A program made the translations under genes and the position numbers. A model generated the notes under the pieces. It saw nothing but the letters and a program-made list of their open reading frames with translations. It was not told the origin of the DNA and ran no database searches. From an uncultured Rhodospirillaceae bacterium (lineage in GTDB: Bacteria > Pseudomonadota > Alphaproteobacteria > MPNO01 > UBA2964), in assembly GCA_964492555.1 (NCBI GenBank), contig CAZBKQ010000007.1, positions 21,534 to 85,533 of the forward strand: 64,000 bases of DNA, given 5' to 3'. Position 1 is the first letter of the stretch, and each line of letters begins with the position of its first letter. Positions 31,432 to 41,730 of this stretch are shown here, piece after piece.

Positions 31432-32999
31432 CCGGATTGAACGCCGCCGGCATGGAAATCGTTCCGGACTTGTCCCGCGTTTCGGCCCGGGTCGGAGACG
31501 CGACCGGGTGGCGCCGGCACGCCGTCGCCCTGCTCTCCGGCCTCACCGCCGCCGCCGCGCTGCCGCCGCTATATTTCCTTCCCCTGTTATGGGTCGCGTT
31601 CCCGGTATTTTTATGGCTTCTCAATGGGACGCGTTCGGTGCGCGCCGCCGCCGTTGACGGTTGGTGGTTCGGGTTCGGGTTTTTTCTGGCCGGGCTCCAC
31701 TGGATCAGTTTTTCCCTGCTGGTTGACGGCGACAAATTCGCCTGGATGATCCCGTTCGCGCTCATCCTGATACCGGCCGTCCTGGCCCTGTTTGCCGCCG
31801 CCGCCGCCGCGCTGTCCCGGCTTGGCCCCGCCGGGTTGCCGCGCCTGATCGCACTGGCCGCCGCCTGGGTCGTTCTGGAATGGGCGCGCGCGTATCTGTT
31901 TACCGGATTTCCGTGGAATCCGATCGCCGTTGTCTGGGCGATCGACGCCGCGCCGCTTCAGGCGCTTTCCTGGTTTGGCGGGTACGGTCTGGGTTTTCTT
32001 ACTCTGCTCGCCGCGCTGGCGCCCGCCGCTCTCGGTTTTTCGCAAACGCGCACCCGCCTGATCCCGCCTGTGTTGGCGATAGTTTTTGTCGCCATTCTGT
32101 GGGGCGCCGGCGCCGCGCGGCTTCCGGCCGGACCCGCGCCGGTGGTGGATGATGTCCGGCTTCGCATTGTCCAGCCCAACATCCCGCAGCATCTGAAATG
32201 GAAACGCGACTTGCGGGAACGCCATCTGGCGGCGTTGCTGCGCCTGTCGCGCCATCCGCCGGACGCGCGGCCCACCCATGTGATCTGGCCGGAAACCGCC
32301 GTGCCGTTTCTGGTTTCCCGTGACGAGCAAATGCGCCGGATCATCGCCACCGCGGCCCCGCCCGGCGGACTTTTGCTGACCGGTTCGCTGCGCGCGACGC
32401 CGGCGGGTCAAAGGCCGTTCCGGTTATGGAACAGTTTTCACGCCATCGACCCCCGGGGAACGATTCGCGCGACCTATGACAAGTATCATCTGGTGCCGTT
32501 CGGCGAATACGTTCCGCTTCGCGGGTTGTTCAACATCTCCAAAATTACCGAGGGCCGGACCGACTTCACCGCCGGACCGCCGCCCCGGGCGATTGAGTTG
32601 CCGGGCCTTCCCCCGGTTGTGCCGCAAATCTGCTATGAGATTATATTCCCGGATGAGGCGGCTTCCGCAGCCCGTCCGGGATGGATCGTAAACATCACCA
32701 ACGACGCCTGGTTTGGTGACAGCGCGGGCCCCCGCCAGCATTTCGCGCTGGCCCGGATGCGCGCGGCGGAGTTGGGGTTGCCGGTGGCACGGGCGGCCAA
32801 TACGGGAATTTCGGCGATGATCGATCCCTGGGGGCGAATCGTTAGCCGGCTCGATATCGGGGTGCGCGGAAATCTCGACGTCGGCCTGCCGGAGGCTTTG
32901 CCGCCGACCATCTATAGCCGTATCGGCGAAATACCCATGGTAACACTGGCATTTCTTGTGCTTGCGGGGTTGGCGTTCACCGGCCGCCGACGTGGCTGA
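31425..32999 (+). CDS. lnt: Apolipoprotein N-acyltransferase Lnt.
   Basis: Polytopic N-terminus plus a CN-hydrolase domain (VQPNIPQHLKW...ICYEIIFPDE...NITNDAWFG). Confidence 0.85.
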   Translation: MLTGLNAAGMEIVPDLSRVSARVGDATGWRRHAVALLSGLTAAAALPPLYFLPLLWVAFPVFLWLLNGTRSVRAAAVDGWWFGFGFFLAGLHWISFSLLVDGDKFAWMIPFALILIPAVLALFAAAAAALSRLGPAGLPRLIALAAAWVVLEWARAYLFTGFPWNPIAVVWAIDAAPLQALSWFGGYGLGFLTLLAALAPAALGFSQTRTRLIPPVLAIVFVAILWGAGAARLPAGPAPVVDDVRLRIVQPNIPQHLKWKRDLRERHLAALLRLSRHPPDARPTHVIWPETAVPFLVSRDEQMRRIIATAAPPGGLLLTGSLRATPAGQRPFRLWNSFHAIDPRGTIRATYDKYHLVPFGEYVPLRGLFNISKITEGRTDFTAGPPPRAIELPGLPPVVPQICYEIIFPDEAASAARPGWIVNITNDAWFGDSAGPRQHFALARMRAAELGLPVARAANTGISAMIDPWGRIVSRLDIGVRGNLDVGLPEALPPTIYSRIGEIPMVTLAFLVLAGLAFTGRRRG

Positions 33000-33188
33000 G
33001 CCGGTTGTAGTTGCTTGAAAAAACAATCGGCAAATTGTATGACATTCTCCGGCATAATATATTCGCTATATGAAGGCATCACGTTTTTGTGAGTTCACGC
33101 GCCTTTCGGGGGATTGTTGCAAGGCGCTTGTTTAAGAAATCGCGGCTGGGGATGGCAACAGGTAGCCGCATGTGAGGAGTTTTTCATT

Positions 33189-33650
33189 ATGTCTGAAACG
33201 ACAGTTGGCGTGTCGGGTCGGCGTCGCAGAACGCGGCGGTCCGGGCCTCACCCTGTTGACGTGCACGTGGGCAAGCGTGTGCGGGCCAGACGGACATTGT
33301 TGGGTATGAGTCAGGAAAAGCTGGGAGTGGCGTTGGGGCTTACATTTCAGCAGGTACAAAAATACGAACGCGGGGCGAACCGGATCGGGTCGAGCCGCCT
33401 TTGGGAAGTAAGCCAGATTCTCGATGTGCCGGTATCCTATTTCTTTGAGGAAATGACCGACGATACGGCGTCGGCGCGATCGACCGACGATGTACCGGAA
33501 GGTCTCGCCGAAGACGGGGCGGAGTTCAGCCGCGATCCGTTGGCGAAGCGCGAAACGCTTGAACTGGTCCGGGCCTATTACCGGATACCCGAAGCCAAGG
33601 TCCGCAAGAGAGTCTTTGAGCTGACAAAGGCCCTCGGCGCCGGACGCTGA
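33189..33650 (+). CDS. XRE-family helix-turn-helix transcriptional regulator with an acidic C-terminal extension.
   Basis: ORF 33114..33650. Start refined to MSETTVG. HTH_3 core (LGMSQEKLGVALGLTFQQVQKYERGANRIGSSRLWEVSQIL). Confidence 0.7.
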   Translation: MSETTVGVSGRRRRTRRSGPHPVDVHVGKRVRARRTLLGMSQEKLGVALGLTFQQVQKYERGANRIGSSRLWEVSQILDVPVSYFFEEMTDDTASARSTDDVPEGLAEDGAEFSRDPLAKRETLELVRAYYRIPEAKVRKRVFELTKALGAGR

Positions 33651-33823
33651 CCGGTCTTTCCGGCTCATCCGGGAAACATCGCCCTTGACGCGACGGGCGA
33701 TTTCCATGACAACCCCGCCTTGTTTAAGGCGCGCAATACCGTTGCGCCAGGCCCATAAGTGGGCTGGCGTGGCGGTGTCGCGGCGTAATTTTGAGCCCAT
33801 GTCAAAAGGTTTGGAGGTTTCCT

Positions 33824-34990
33824 TTGCCAAAAGGTTCGTTTGTTTTCACCAGTGAGTCCGTCTCCGAGGGTCATCCCGACAAGGTCAGCGATCGTATTTC
33901 GGACACAGTCCTCGACGCATTTCTGTCGGCGGACCCCTATTCACGCGTTGCGTGTGAAACGCTTTGCACCACCAACAAGGTGGTGCTGGCCGGTGAGGTT
34001 CGGGGCCCGGACTCAGTCAATGCCGATGCGATCGAGGCAATGACTCGCGAGGCGATCAAGGATATCGGATACGCTCAGGACGGCTTCCACTGGGAGACTG
34101 CGGATATCGACGTTCTGCTGCATCAGCAATCCGGCGATATCGCCCAAGGCGTCGATTCATCCGGCAACAAGGACGAAGGCGCCGGCGACCAGGGTCTGAT
34201 GTTCGGCTATGCCTGCACCGAAACCGATGCATTGATGCCCGCGCCGATTCATTTGTCGCACGAAATTCTGCGCTCGCTCGCGGAAGCCCGGCACAAGGGC
34301 GATGCGCCCGGTATCGAACCGGATTCGAAGAGCCAGGTCACGCTGCGCTATGAAAACTTCAAGCCTGTCGGCGCGACCTCCGTGGTGGTGTCGACCCAGC
34401 ATGCCGAAAATCTGAGCCAGGCCGATGTGCGTGAGCTGGTGCGGCCGCATGTCGAAAAAGTCCTGCCCGATGGCTGGATGTGCCCGGAGGATGAATTCTA
34501 CGTCAATCCAACCGGTCGTTTCGTCGTCGGTGGGCCTGACGGCGATTGTGGCCTGACGGGGCGCAAGATCATCGTCGACACCTATGGCGGGGCGGCACCG
34601 CATGGCGGCGGCGCATTTTCCGGCAAGGATCCGACGAAGGTTGACCGTTCGGCCGCCTACGCTGCGCGCTATCTGGCGAAAAACGTGGTCGCCTCCGGGC
34701 TGGCGGAACGTTGCGTGATCCAGGTCGCCTACGCGATCGGCGTTTCCAAACCGCTTTCGGTTTATGTTGATACCCAGGGTACCGGCGAGGTCGATGAGGA
34801 TAAATTGTCCACCGTGCTGCAGGAGCTGGTCGATCTCAGCCCGCGCGGCATTCGCGAACATCTTGAGCTCAACAAGCCGATTTACGCGCGGACCAGCGCC
34901 TATGGTCATTTCGGGCGTAATCCGGAAGCCGATGGCGGATTCTCCTGGGAACGCACGGATATTGCCGACGCGCTGAAGTCGGCCTTCTGA
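33824..34990 (+). CDS. metK: S-adenosylmethionine synthase.
   Basis: [21 protein letters not shown]-terminal signature and [19 protein letters not shown]. The likely start is a TTG 6 nt after a GGAGG RBS. The upstream in-frame ATG at 33791 would add a non-homologous extension. Confidence 0.93.
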   Translation: MPKGSFVFTSESVSEGHPDKVSDRISDTVLDAFLSADPYSRVACETLCTTNKVVLAGEVRGPDSVNADAIEAMTREAIKDIGYAQDGFHWETADIDVLLHQQSGDIAQGVDSSGNKDEGAGDQGLMFGYACTETDALMPAPIHLSHEILRSLAEARHKGDAPGIEPDSKSQVTLRYENFKPVGATSVVVSTQHAENLSQADVRELVRPHVEKVLPDGWMCPEDEFYVNPTGRFVVGGPDGDCGLTGRKIIVDTYGGAAPHGGGAFSGKDPTKVDRSAAYAARYLAKNVVASGLAERCVIQVAYAIGVSKPLSVYVDTQGTGEVDEDKLSTVLQELVDLSPRGIREHLELNKPIYARTSAYGHFGRNPEADGGFSWERTDIADALKSAF

Positions 34991-35006
34991 GGCCGCGCTG
35001 CCGCCC

Positions 35007-35717
35007 ATGACGGCGCGTGCCGGAAAGCCGCCCGACGGTCAGAGTCCGCAACGAAAACTTTATGGACGCCGCAAGGGACGCCCCTTGCGGCCCCACCGCC
35101 AATATCTGGTCGACCGGTTATTGCCGCGGCTGGAGATCAGCGGCGCCGCGCCGCCGCAACCTGTTGCGGGGCGCCCCCTCTGGATCGAAATCGGTTTCGG
35201 CGCCGGCGAACATCTGAGTTGGCAGGCCGAACATCATCCGGATACGGATTTCATCGGCAGCGAGGTCTTTATAAATGGTGTCGCCCGGCTGCTTACCGAT
35301 ATAGAGGAAAGATCGCTCGGCAATATCCGGTTATGGACGGACGATGCGCGATTGTTGCTCGATACCCTGCCGGACGGGGCGGTTGATCGCATATTTGTGC
35401 TGTTTCCCGACCCCTGGCCCAAGGCGCGTCATCGCAAGCGCCGGATCATCGGCCCGGGGACATTGCCCGATATCGCGCGTGTGTTACGGCCCGGCGGCAT
35501 TTTGCGGGCGGCGACCGATATTCCGGATTATCAGCGCTGGATGTTGCAGCATGTCTTGGGATGCGGCGCATTCGACTGGACGGCGCGCCGGCCCGCGGAC
35601 TGGCGAAACCGGCCCGATGACTGGCCCGAGACGCGTTATGAGGCGAAGGCCGTCGCCGCCGGACGGCCGTGCGCCTATTTTTCGTTCCGGCGCAACCATC
35701 AGGAAACGCCGCACTAA
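35007..35717 (+). CDS. trmB: tRNA (guanine46-N7)-methyltransferase TrmB.
   Basis: SAM-binding block (WIEIGFGAGEHL...VLFPDPWPKARHRKRR). metK followed by trmB is the conserved order. Confidence 0.9.
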   Translation: MTARAGKPPDGQSPQRKLYGRRKGRPLRPHRQYLVDRLLPRLEISGAAPPQPVAGRPLWIEIGFGAGEHLSWQAEHHPDTDFIGSEVFINGVARLLTDIEERSLGNIRLWTDDARLLLDTLPDGAVDRIFVLFPDPWPKARHRKRRIIGPGTLPDIARVLRPGGILRAATDIPDYQRWMLQHVLGCGAFDWTARRPADWRNRPDDWPETRYEAKAVAAGRPCAYFSFRRNHQETPH

Positions 35718-35810
35718 GCGTCGCTAAACGCTTGCGGAAACCCCCTTTGTCGGGATATAAGGCGGGTCATTACATTCCTGCTGACTGTTTTGTGACGGTC
35801 ATTTCATAGG

Positions 35811-35836
35811 GGTGGGCCAACGGCCCGCCTTTTTTG
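35811..35836 (+). terminator. Putative intrinsic terminator after trmB.
   Basis: GGGCC-aac-GGCCC hairpin, extended by a GGCGGG...CCCGCC outer stem, followed by TTTTTT. Confidence 0.35.
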
Positions 35837-35866
35837 TAACCGTCGCGGAACCATTCGGGAGAAGAC

Positions 35867-36385
35867 GTGAAGACCGGTCATCGCGAACGCATGATTGCTG
35901 AATTGATCACCCCGTCGGTGGAAGACGCGGGTTACGATCTTGTGCGGGTGGTATTCGCCGGCAAGAATCTGGCGACGCTCCAGATCATGATTGATCGTCT
36001 GGACGGGCGCGCGATCACGGTGGATGACTGCGCCGATGTCAGCCGGATGGTGTCGGCGCTTCTCGACGTGGAAGACCCCGTACCGGGGGCTTATACGTTG
36101 GAAGTCAGTTCGCCCGGGATCGACCGGCCGCTGGTGCGTGAGTCTGATTTCGATCGCTTTGCCGGGTTCGAGGCCAAGGTTGAGATGGACCAGCCCGTGA
36201 TGGGGCAGCGCCGTTTCACCGGCCGGCTCGCGGGAATCGACGGCGGCGATGTGAAGATGTTGTGCGATGACGAGGATATGCGGCTGCCTTATGTTGCAAT
36301 CCGAAGCGCATCGCTGGTTTTGACGGACGAATTGATTGAGGCTACGCAGCGCGCCTGGGAAGCGGCTGCGGCAAACGAGGGCTGA
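35867..36385 (+). CDS. rimP: Ribosome maturation factor RimP.
   Basis: First gene of the rimP-nusA-infB operon. The track start is GTG; an alternative ATG lies at 35891 (MIAELITPSVEDAGYDLV). Confidence 0.85.
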   Translation: MKTGHRERMIAELITPSVEDAGYDLVRVVFAGKNLATLQIMIDRLDGRAITVDDCADVSRMVSALLDVEDPVPGAYTLEVSSPGIDRPLVRESDFDRFAGFEAKVEMDQPVMGQRRFTGRLAGIDGGDVKMLCDDEDMRLPYVAIRSASLVLTDELIEATQRAWEAAAANEG

Positions 36386-36389
36386 AAAA

Positions 36390-37997
36390 GTGGACATCGA
36401 ATTCGAAGAAGAATCTGTAACCGGCATCGGGTATGACCGGTTGGAACTCCTCCAGGTGGCGGAAGCGGTCGCCCGCGACAAGGGGATCGAAAAAGAAGAA
36501 GTCATCGACGCGATGGAACAGGCCATCCAGAAGGCGGCGCGCACGCGCTACGGTCTGGAAAACGACGTCCGGGCGGAAATTGATCGCGGCAACGGAGAGA
36601 TCAGGCTTGCCCGCTATCTGGAAGTCGCCGATCCGGTTGAGAATGAGGCAACGCAGATTCCCCTTGAGGAAGCGCGCAAACTCAATCCGGAAGCCGATGT
36701 CGGCGACTATCTGACCGAACCCCTGCCGCCGATCGATTTTGGGCGGATTGCCGCGCAGACCGCGAAACAGGTCATCGTCCAGAAGGTGCGTGAGGCCGAA
36801 CGCGCGCGTCAGTACAATGAGTACAAGGACCGCGTCGGTGAAATCGTCAATGGCATCGTCAAGCGTATCGAATTCGGCAACGTGACCGTCGATCTCGGAC
36901 GCGCCGAGGCGGTCTTGCGCCGCGACGAGGTGATCCCGCGTGAAAGTTACCGCCCCGGCGATCGCGTCCGCGCCTATATTTATGACGTGCGGGAGGAAAT
37001 GCGCGGTCCGCAGATTTTCCTGTCCCGTACCCATCCGCAATTCATGGCCGGGCTGTTCGCGCAGGAAGTCCCGGAAATCTATGACGGCATTATCGAACTG
37101 CGCGCCGTCGCCCGCGATCCGGGCAGCCGCGCCAAGATCGCCGTTATTTCGAATGATTCGGGCATCGACCCGGTCGGCGCCTGCGTCGGTATGCGCGGCA
37201 GCCGGGTTCAGGCCGTCGTCGGCGAATTGCAAGGCGAAAAGATTGACATCATCCAATGGTCCGAAGACCCCGCGACCTTTGTGGTTAACGGGCTGGCGCC
37301 GGCGGAGGTCACCCGCGTCGTCCTTGATGAGGAAGCGGGGCGGATCGAGGTGGTCGTGCCGGATGATCAGCTTTCGCTGGCCATCGGCCGCCGCGGCCAG
37401 AATGTCCGGCTGGCCTCTCAGCTCACCGGCTGGGATATCGTTATCCTGACCGAGGAAGAGGAATCCGAACGGCGTCAGGAGGAATTCCGGGTCCGGACGC
37501 AGCTTTTCATGGACGCGTTGGGCGTCGATGATGTGTTGTCGCATCTTCTGGTGGCGGAAGGGTTTACCTCGATCGAGGAAATCGCCTATGTGCCGATCGA
37601 GGACCTTCTGGGTGTCGAGGGGCTTGATGACGATCTGGTGGCGGAGCTGCGCGATCGGGCGGAACAATATCTCGCCGAACGTGAGTCCGAGGCCGAAGAG
37701 CGGCGCAAGGAACTTGGCGTGTCGGATGAGGTGGCGGAAATCGCCGGTCTATCGGCGGGTATGCTGGTCGCTTTGGGCGAAGCCGATGTGAAGACGCTCG
37801 ATGATCTCGGCGATCTCGCCGGCGATGAGCTGACATCGCCCGAAGACGGGCTGTTGCGCGATTTCGGGCTTTCCGAGGAGGAGGCGAACGACATTATCAT
37901 GGCGGCGCGAGCTCACTGGTTCGATGACGAACCGGAAACCGCGGAGCCCGCAGGCGAAACGGCTGAGGCGGAAGATTCCGCCGAGCCGTCGGCCTGA
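36390..37997 (+). CDS. nusA: Transcription termination/antitermination factor NusA.
   Basis: ORF 36336..37997 overlaps rimP. The in-frame GTG just after the rimP stop gives VDIEFEEE...LLQVAEAVARDKGI, the NusA N-terminus. S1 and KH domains and an acidic C-terminal tail are present. Confidence 0.9.
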   Translation: MDIEFEEESVTGIGYDRLELLQVAEAVARDKGIEKEEVIDAMEQAIQKAARTRYGLENDVRAEIDRGNGEIRLARYLEVADPVENEATQIPLEEARKLNPEADVGDYLTEPLPPIDFGRIAAQTAKQVIVQKVREAERARQYNEYKDRVGEIVNGIVKRIEFGNVTVDLGRAEAVLRRDEVIPRESYRPGDRVRAYIYDVREEMRGPQIFLSRTHPQFMAGLFAQEVPEIYDGIIELRAVARDPGSRAKIAVISNDSGIDPVGACVGMRGSRVQAVVGELQGEKIDIIQWSEDPATFVVNGLAPAEVTRVVLDEEAGRIEVVVPDDQLSLAIGRRGQNVRLASQLTGWDIVILTEEEESERRQEEFRVRTQLFMDALGVDDVLSHLLVAEGFTSIEEIAYVPIEDLLGVEGLDDDLVAELRDRAEQYLAERESEAEERRKELGVSDEVAEIAGLSAGMLVALGEADVKTLDDLGDLAGDELTSPEDGLLRDFGLSEEEANDIIMAARAHWFDDEPETAEPAGETAEAEDSAEPSA

Positions 37998-38027
37998 GTC
38001 CGGTTCCGGCCATGAGAGGGTTTTCCG

Positions 38028-38693
38028 ATGTCCGCGGCTCCAAAAGAGACAACCAGACAGGCGGTGCAACGCGATACGGCCTCGCGTGAACGCCGCTGTA
38101 TCGTAACCCGCGAATCGCGGCCGGCCCGCGATTTGATCCGGTTTGTCGTAAGCCCCGACGGCGCGATCGTTCCCGATCCCGCGGAACGCTTGCCGGGCCG
38201 TGGATTGTGGACCGGTGCGACCCGCGATATAGTCGAGACAGCCTGTTCCGGGCGGATGTTCGACAAGGCCGCGAAACAGCCCGTCAGCGTTGCTTCCGAT
38301 CTTGCCGACACCGTGGAACGCCTGCTTTTGCGGCGTTGTCTCGATATGATCGGGCTGGCGCGGCGGGCCGGCGAAGCGGTCGCCGGGTTTGAAAAGGCGC
38401 GCGCGGTGGTTTCAGCCGGCAAGGCGGTTTTGGCGATAGCGGCCTATGATGGCGCGCCGGGAGGCCGGCAAAAGCTGTTGTCCGGACATCCCGATTTGCC
38501 GGTGATCGATATTTTCTTCCGCGAAGAGTTGGGGCGGGTATTCGATCGGGAAGACGTAGTGTTTGCGGCTATTTCCAATCGGGGAATCGGCGCGAAGTTG
38601 CAGGTTGAAGCGAACAGGCTTGCCGGGTTCCGGAATATGGTTCCGGTGGATGGTCGGCAGGCGGAGATAGGCGTAAGGGCGGTATCAGGATGA
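38028..38693 (+). CDS. YlxR (DUF448) fused to an L7Ae-like RNA-binding protein.
   Basis: N-terminal [23 protein letters not shown] (YlxR) and a C-terminal L7Ae-like segment. It sits between nusA and infB as in other Alphaproteobacteria. Confidence 0.72.
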   Translation: MSAAPKETTRQAVQRDTASRERRCIVTRESRPARDLIRFVVSPDGAIVPDPAERLPGRGLWTGATRDIVETACSGRMFDKAAKQPVSVASDLADTVERLLLRRCLDMIGLARRAGEAVAGFEKARAVVSAGKAVLAIAAYDGAPGGRQKLLSGHPDLPVIDIFFREELGRVFDREDVVFAAISNRGIGAKLQVEANRLAGFRNMVPVDGRQAEIGVRAVSG

Positions 38694-41275
38694 CAGAGCA
38701 GAAAACGGATCAGGACGAAAAGCCGAAACGCGTGTTAAAGGCGCGTCCGCGCCTTGAGCTGAAGAAAACGGTCGATGCCGGTCAGGTAAAGCAAAGCTTT
38801 TCGCACGGCCGCACCAAATCCGTCGCGGTCGAGGTACGCCGCAAGCGCACCATCGGCAAGGGAGCCGCGCCGACAAAGGCGGCGGCGCCCGCGGAGACGA
38901 CCGCCGCGCCCAGCAAAACATCCGCGCCCGAAAAGGGTGGTGCGCCGTCGCGTAAGCCCGCGGTTTTGAAGACGCTGACGGAGGAAGAAGCCGCCGCGCG
39001 CCGCCGGGCTCTTGAGACGGCGCAGAAATCCGATGCCGCCAACAGCGTGCTTGAGCAAACATCGGCCGCCGCCGAGGCGCGCCGCCAGGCCGCCCGCGAC
39101 GAGCAGGAAGCGCGCCAGCGGGAAGAAGACGAGCGCCAGCGCCGCGAGGAAGAAGACCGGAAGCGCCGCGAGGAAGAAGAAGCCCGCAAGCGCCAGGAAG
39201 AGGAAGCTGCCGAACGCGCCGCCGAACAGGCCGCGAAATTGCAGGCGCGCGAGGATCAGGGCGGCGAAGCCGGCGATGCCCCGCCGGCCCGGCGTCCGGC
39301 GGATGACGGCGCCGCCAAGAAGCAGACCCGCGAAGAACGGCCGGATGCCCGCCGGCCCAGCGCGCGCCGCGGCGAACCCCGCCGCAGAAGCCGGGGCAAG
39401 CTGACCGTCAACCAGGCGCTGAATGAGGAAGAGCGGACACGCAGCCTTGCTTCCGTGCGGCGGCAACGCGAACGGACCCGGCGCAGCCAGCAATCGCAGC
39501 CTATCGAAACCAAAAAAATCAGCCATGAGGTAACGCTGCCCGAAACCATCATGGTGCAGGAGCTTGCCAACCGCATGGCCGAACGCGGGGTGGATGTCAT
39601 CCGGTCGTTGATGAAGCTTGGCGTCATGGCGACGCTGCAGCAGATGATCGATGCCGACACGGCGGAACTGGTCATTGAGGAATTCGGCCACACCGCCAGG
39701 CGCGTCAGCGAATCCGATGTCGAAATCGGGCTGAAGGGCGAAGATGATTCCGAGGATCAGCTGAAGCCGCGCTCGCCCGTCGTCACAGTCATGGGCCATG
39801 TCGACCACGGCAAGACGTCTCTTCTGGACGCGCTGCGTGAAACCAATGTCGCGGCGCGAGAGGCCGGCGGCATTACCCAGCATATCGGCGCCTATCAGAT
39901 TGAGAGCGAAGACGGGGGCCGGGTTACCTTTATCGACACGCCGGGCCACGCCGCCTTTACCTCCATGCGGGCGCGCGGCGCCAATGTGACCGATATCGTG
40001 ATCCTGGTAGTCGCGGCCGATGACGGCATCATGCCCCAGACGATTGAGGCGATCGATCATGCCAAGGCGGCGGAAGTGCCGATTATCGTCGCAATCAACA
40101 AGATCGACCGACCTAATGCCGATCCGCAGCGGGTGCGCAATGAACTGTTGCAGCATGAAATCCTGCTGGAGGACGTCGGCGGCGATGTGCTGTCGGTTGA
40201 GGTTTCGGCCACCGAAGGCACCAATCTCGACAAGTTGACCGAGGCCATCCAGCTTCAGGCGGAAGTTCTGGAGCTCAAGGCCAATCCCGACCGCGCCGCC
40301 GAAGGTGTGGTGATCGAGGCCAATCTGGAAACCGGACGCGGCGCGGTAGCGACCGTGCTGGTGCAGCGCGGCACGCTGAATGTCGGCGATATTGTCGTGG
40401 CCGGCGGCGAATGGGGCCGTGTCCGGGCGATGACCAATGATCAGGGCGGCAAGATTGAAAGCGCGATCCCCGCCCAGCCGGTTGAAATCATGGGCCTTTC
40501 CGGGGCGCCCGCGGCAGGCGATGAATTCGCGGTCGTTGAAAACGAGGCGCGGGCGCGGGAGATCACGGAATTCCGCCAGCGCCAGGCGCGATTGCAGCGC
40601 ACGACAGTGGCGCCGGCCGGCTCGCTGGAACAGCTCTTCAGCCAGATTGAGGCGGGCGAGGCGCAAAATTTGCCGCTGGTGATCAAGGCCGACACGCATG
40701 GTTCGGTGGAAGCGATCGTCAACAGCCTGGAAAAGCTCAGCACCGATGAGGTGAAGGTGCAGGTACTTCATTCCGGCGTCGGCGGCATCAATGAATCCGA
40801 TGTCGGGCTGGCTCAGGCATCGAACGGCTTTATCGTCGGCTTCAACGTCCGCGCCAACGCGCAGGCGCGCGATCTGTCGCAGCGCGAAAAGCTCGATATC
40901 CGCTACTACTCGATCATCTATGATCTGACCGACGATATCAGGGATATGCTGAGCGGCATGCTCGCGCCCGAAATGCGCGAGACCTTCCTTGGCTATGCCG
41001 AAATCCTGGAAGTCTTCAATATCAGCAAGATGGGCCGGGTCGCGGGCTGCAAGGTCACCGACGGCATGGTCAAGCGTGGTTCGGGCGTCCGCCTGCTGCG
41101 CGACGATGTGGTGATCCATGAAGGCTCGCTTTCCACCCTGAAGCGCTTCAAGGACGATGTCCGTGAAGTCCGCGAAGGGATGGAATGCGGCATGTCGTTT
41201 GAGAATTATCAGGACTTAAAGCAGGGCGACGTCATCGAATGTTTCGATGTCGAAGAGGTCACCCGCACCCTGTAA
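38690..41275 (+). CDS. infB: Translation initiation factor IF-2.
   Basis: Charged N-terminal region rich in R, E, K and A, then G-domain motifs ([21 protein letters not shown]). Confidence 0.95.
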   Translation: MTEQKTDQDEKPKRVLKARPRLELKKTVDAGQVKQSFSHGRTKSVAVEVRRKRTIGKGAAPTKAAAPAETTAAPSKTSAPEKGGAPSRKPAVLKTLTEEEAAARRRALETAQKSDAANSVLEQTSAAAEARRQAARDEQEARQREEDERQRREEEDRKRREEEEARKRQEEEAAERAAEQAAKLQAREDQGGEAGDAPPARRPADDGAAKKQTREERPDARRPSARRGEPRRRSRGKLTVNQALNEEERTRSLASVRRQRERTRRSQQSQPIETKKISHEVTLPETIMVQELANRMAERGVDVIRSLMKLGVMATLQQMIDADTAELVIEEFGHTARRVSESDVEIGLKGEDDSEDQLKPRSPVVTVMGHVDHGKTSLLDALRETNVAAREAGGITQHIGAYQIESEDGGRVTFIDTPGHAAFTSMRARGANVTDIVILVVAADDGIMPQTIEAIDHAKAAEVPIIVAINKIDRPNADPQRVRNELLQHEILLEDVGGDVLSVEVSATEGTNLDKLTEAIQLQAEVLELKANPDRAAEGVVIEANLETGRGAVATVLVQRGTLNVGDIVVAGGEWGRVRAMTNDQGGKIESAIPAQPVEIMGLSGAPAAGDEFAVVENEARAREITEFRQRQARLQRTTVAPAGSLEQLFSQIEAGEAQNLPLVIKADTHGSVEAIVNSLEKLSTDEVKVQVLHSGVGGINESDVGLAQASNGFIVGFNVRANAQARDLSQREKLDIRYYSIIYDLTDDIRDMLSGMLAPEMRETFLGYAEILEVFNISKMGRVAGCKVTDGMVKRGSGVRLLRDDVVIHEGSLSTLKRFKDDVREVREGMECGMSFENYQDLKQGDVIECFDVEEVTRTL

Positions 41276-41313
41276 CCGCCAGGGGGCGGCGCCCGCGCCG
41301 CCGGTAGAGCCGC

Positions 41314-41730
41314 ATGACACGCAAATCCCGGTCGAGCCGTTCCGGAACAGAACGCAGCCAGCGCCAGCTTCGCGTCGGTGAAGTGCTGCGTCACGCGCTG
41401 GTCGATATTTTCGCCCGGGGCGAATTGCGCGACCCCGCGCTGGAGGGCGTGTCGCTGACCGTGGCGGAGGTCCGGGTCAGTCCCGACCTTCGCAACGCAA
41501 CCGCCTTCGTCATGCCGCTCGGCGGCGATAACGCGGCGGAAATTACCGCAGCGCTCAACCACGCCGCGCCGTTTCTGCGCCGCCAGCTCGGCAAGGTCAT
41601 CACCATGCGCTATTTGCCGCGCCTGTCTTTTGAGGCCGATGTGGCGTTCGATCATGGTGAGCGGATCGAAAACCTACTCAGGACCGATGCGGTTTCCCGC
41701 GATCTCGGCGAGCGGGAGCCCGGGGAATGA
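41314..41730 (+). CDS. rbfA: Ribosome-binding factor A.
   Basis: 138 aa KH-like fold (RVGEVLRHALVDIF...VSLTVAEVRVSPDLRNATAFV). Confidence 0.9.
   Translation: MTRKSRSSRSGTERSQRQLRVGEVLRHALVDIFARGELRDPALEGVSLTVAEVRVSPDLRNATAFVMPLGGDNAAEITAALNHAAPFLRRQLGKVITMRYLPRLSFEADVAFDHGERIENLLRTDAVSRDLGEREPGE

Noticed and set aside
33000-33188. AT-rich 190 bp spacer between lnt and the XRE regulator, with a possible 17-codon ORF (MTFSGIIYSLYEGITFL).
   Set aside because: The ORF has no RBS and no conservation evidence. The region is most simply the promoter of the XRE-metK unit.
38735-41119. 794 aa minus-strand ORF.
   Set aside because: It is antisense to infB. The same reasoning applies to 36342..37667 (antisense to nusA), 7911..9344 (antisense to maeB), 10797..11870 and 11895..12614 (antisense to mutS), 16498..17862 (antisense to murJ and trpS), 18143..19378, 29110..30195, 46734..47762, 49928..50986, 52093..53028, 56542..57969 and 62619..63542.
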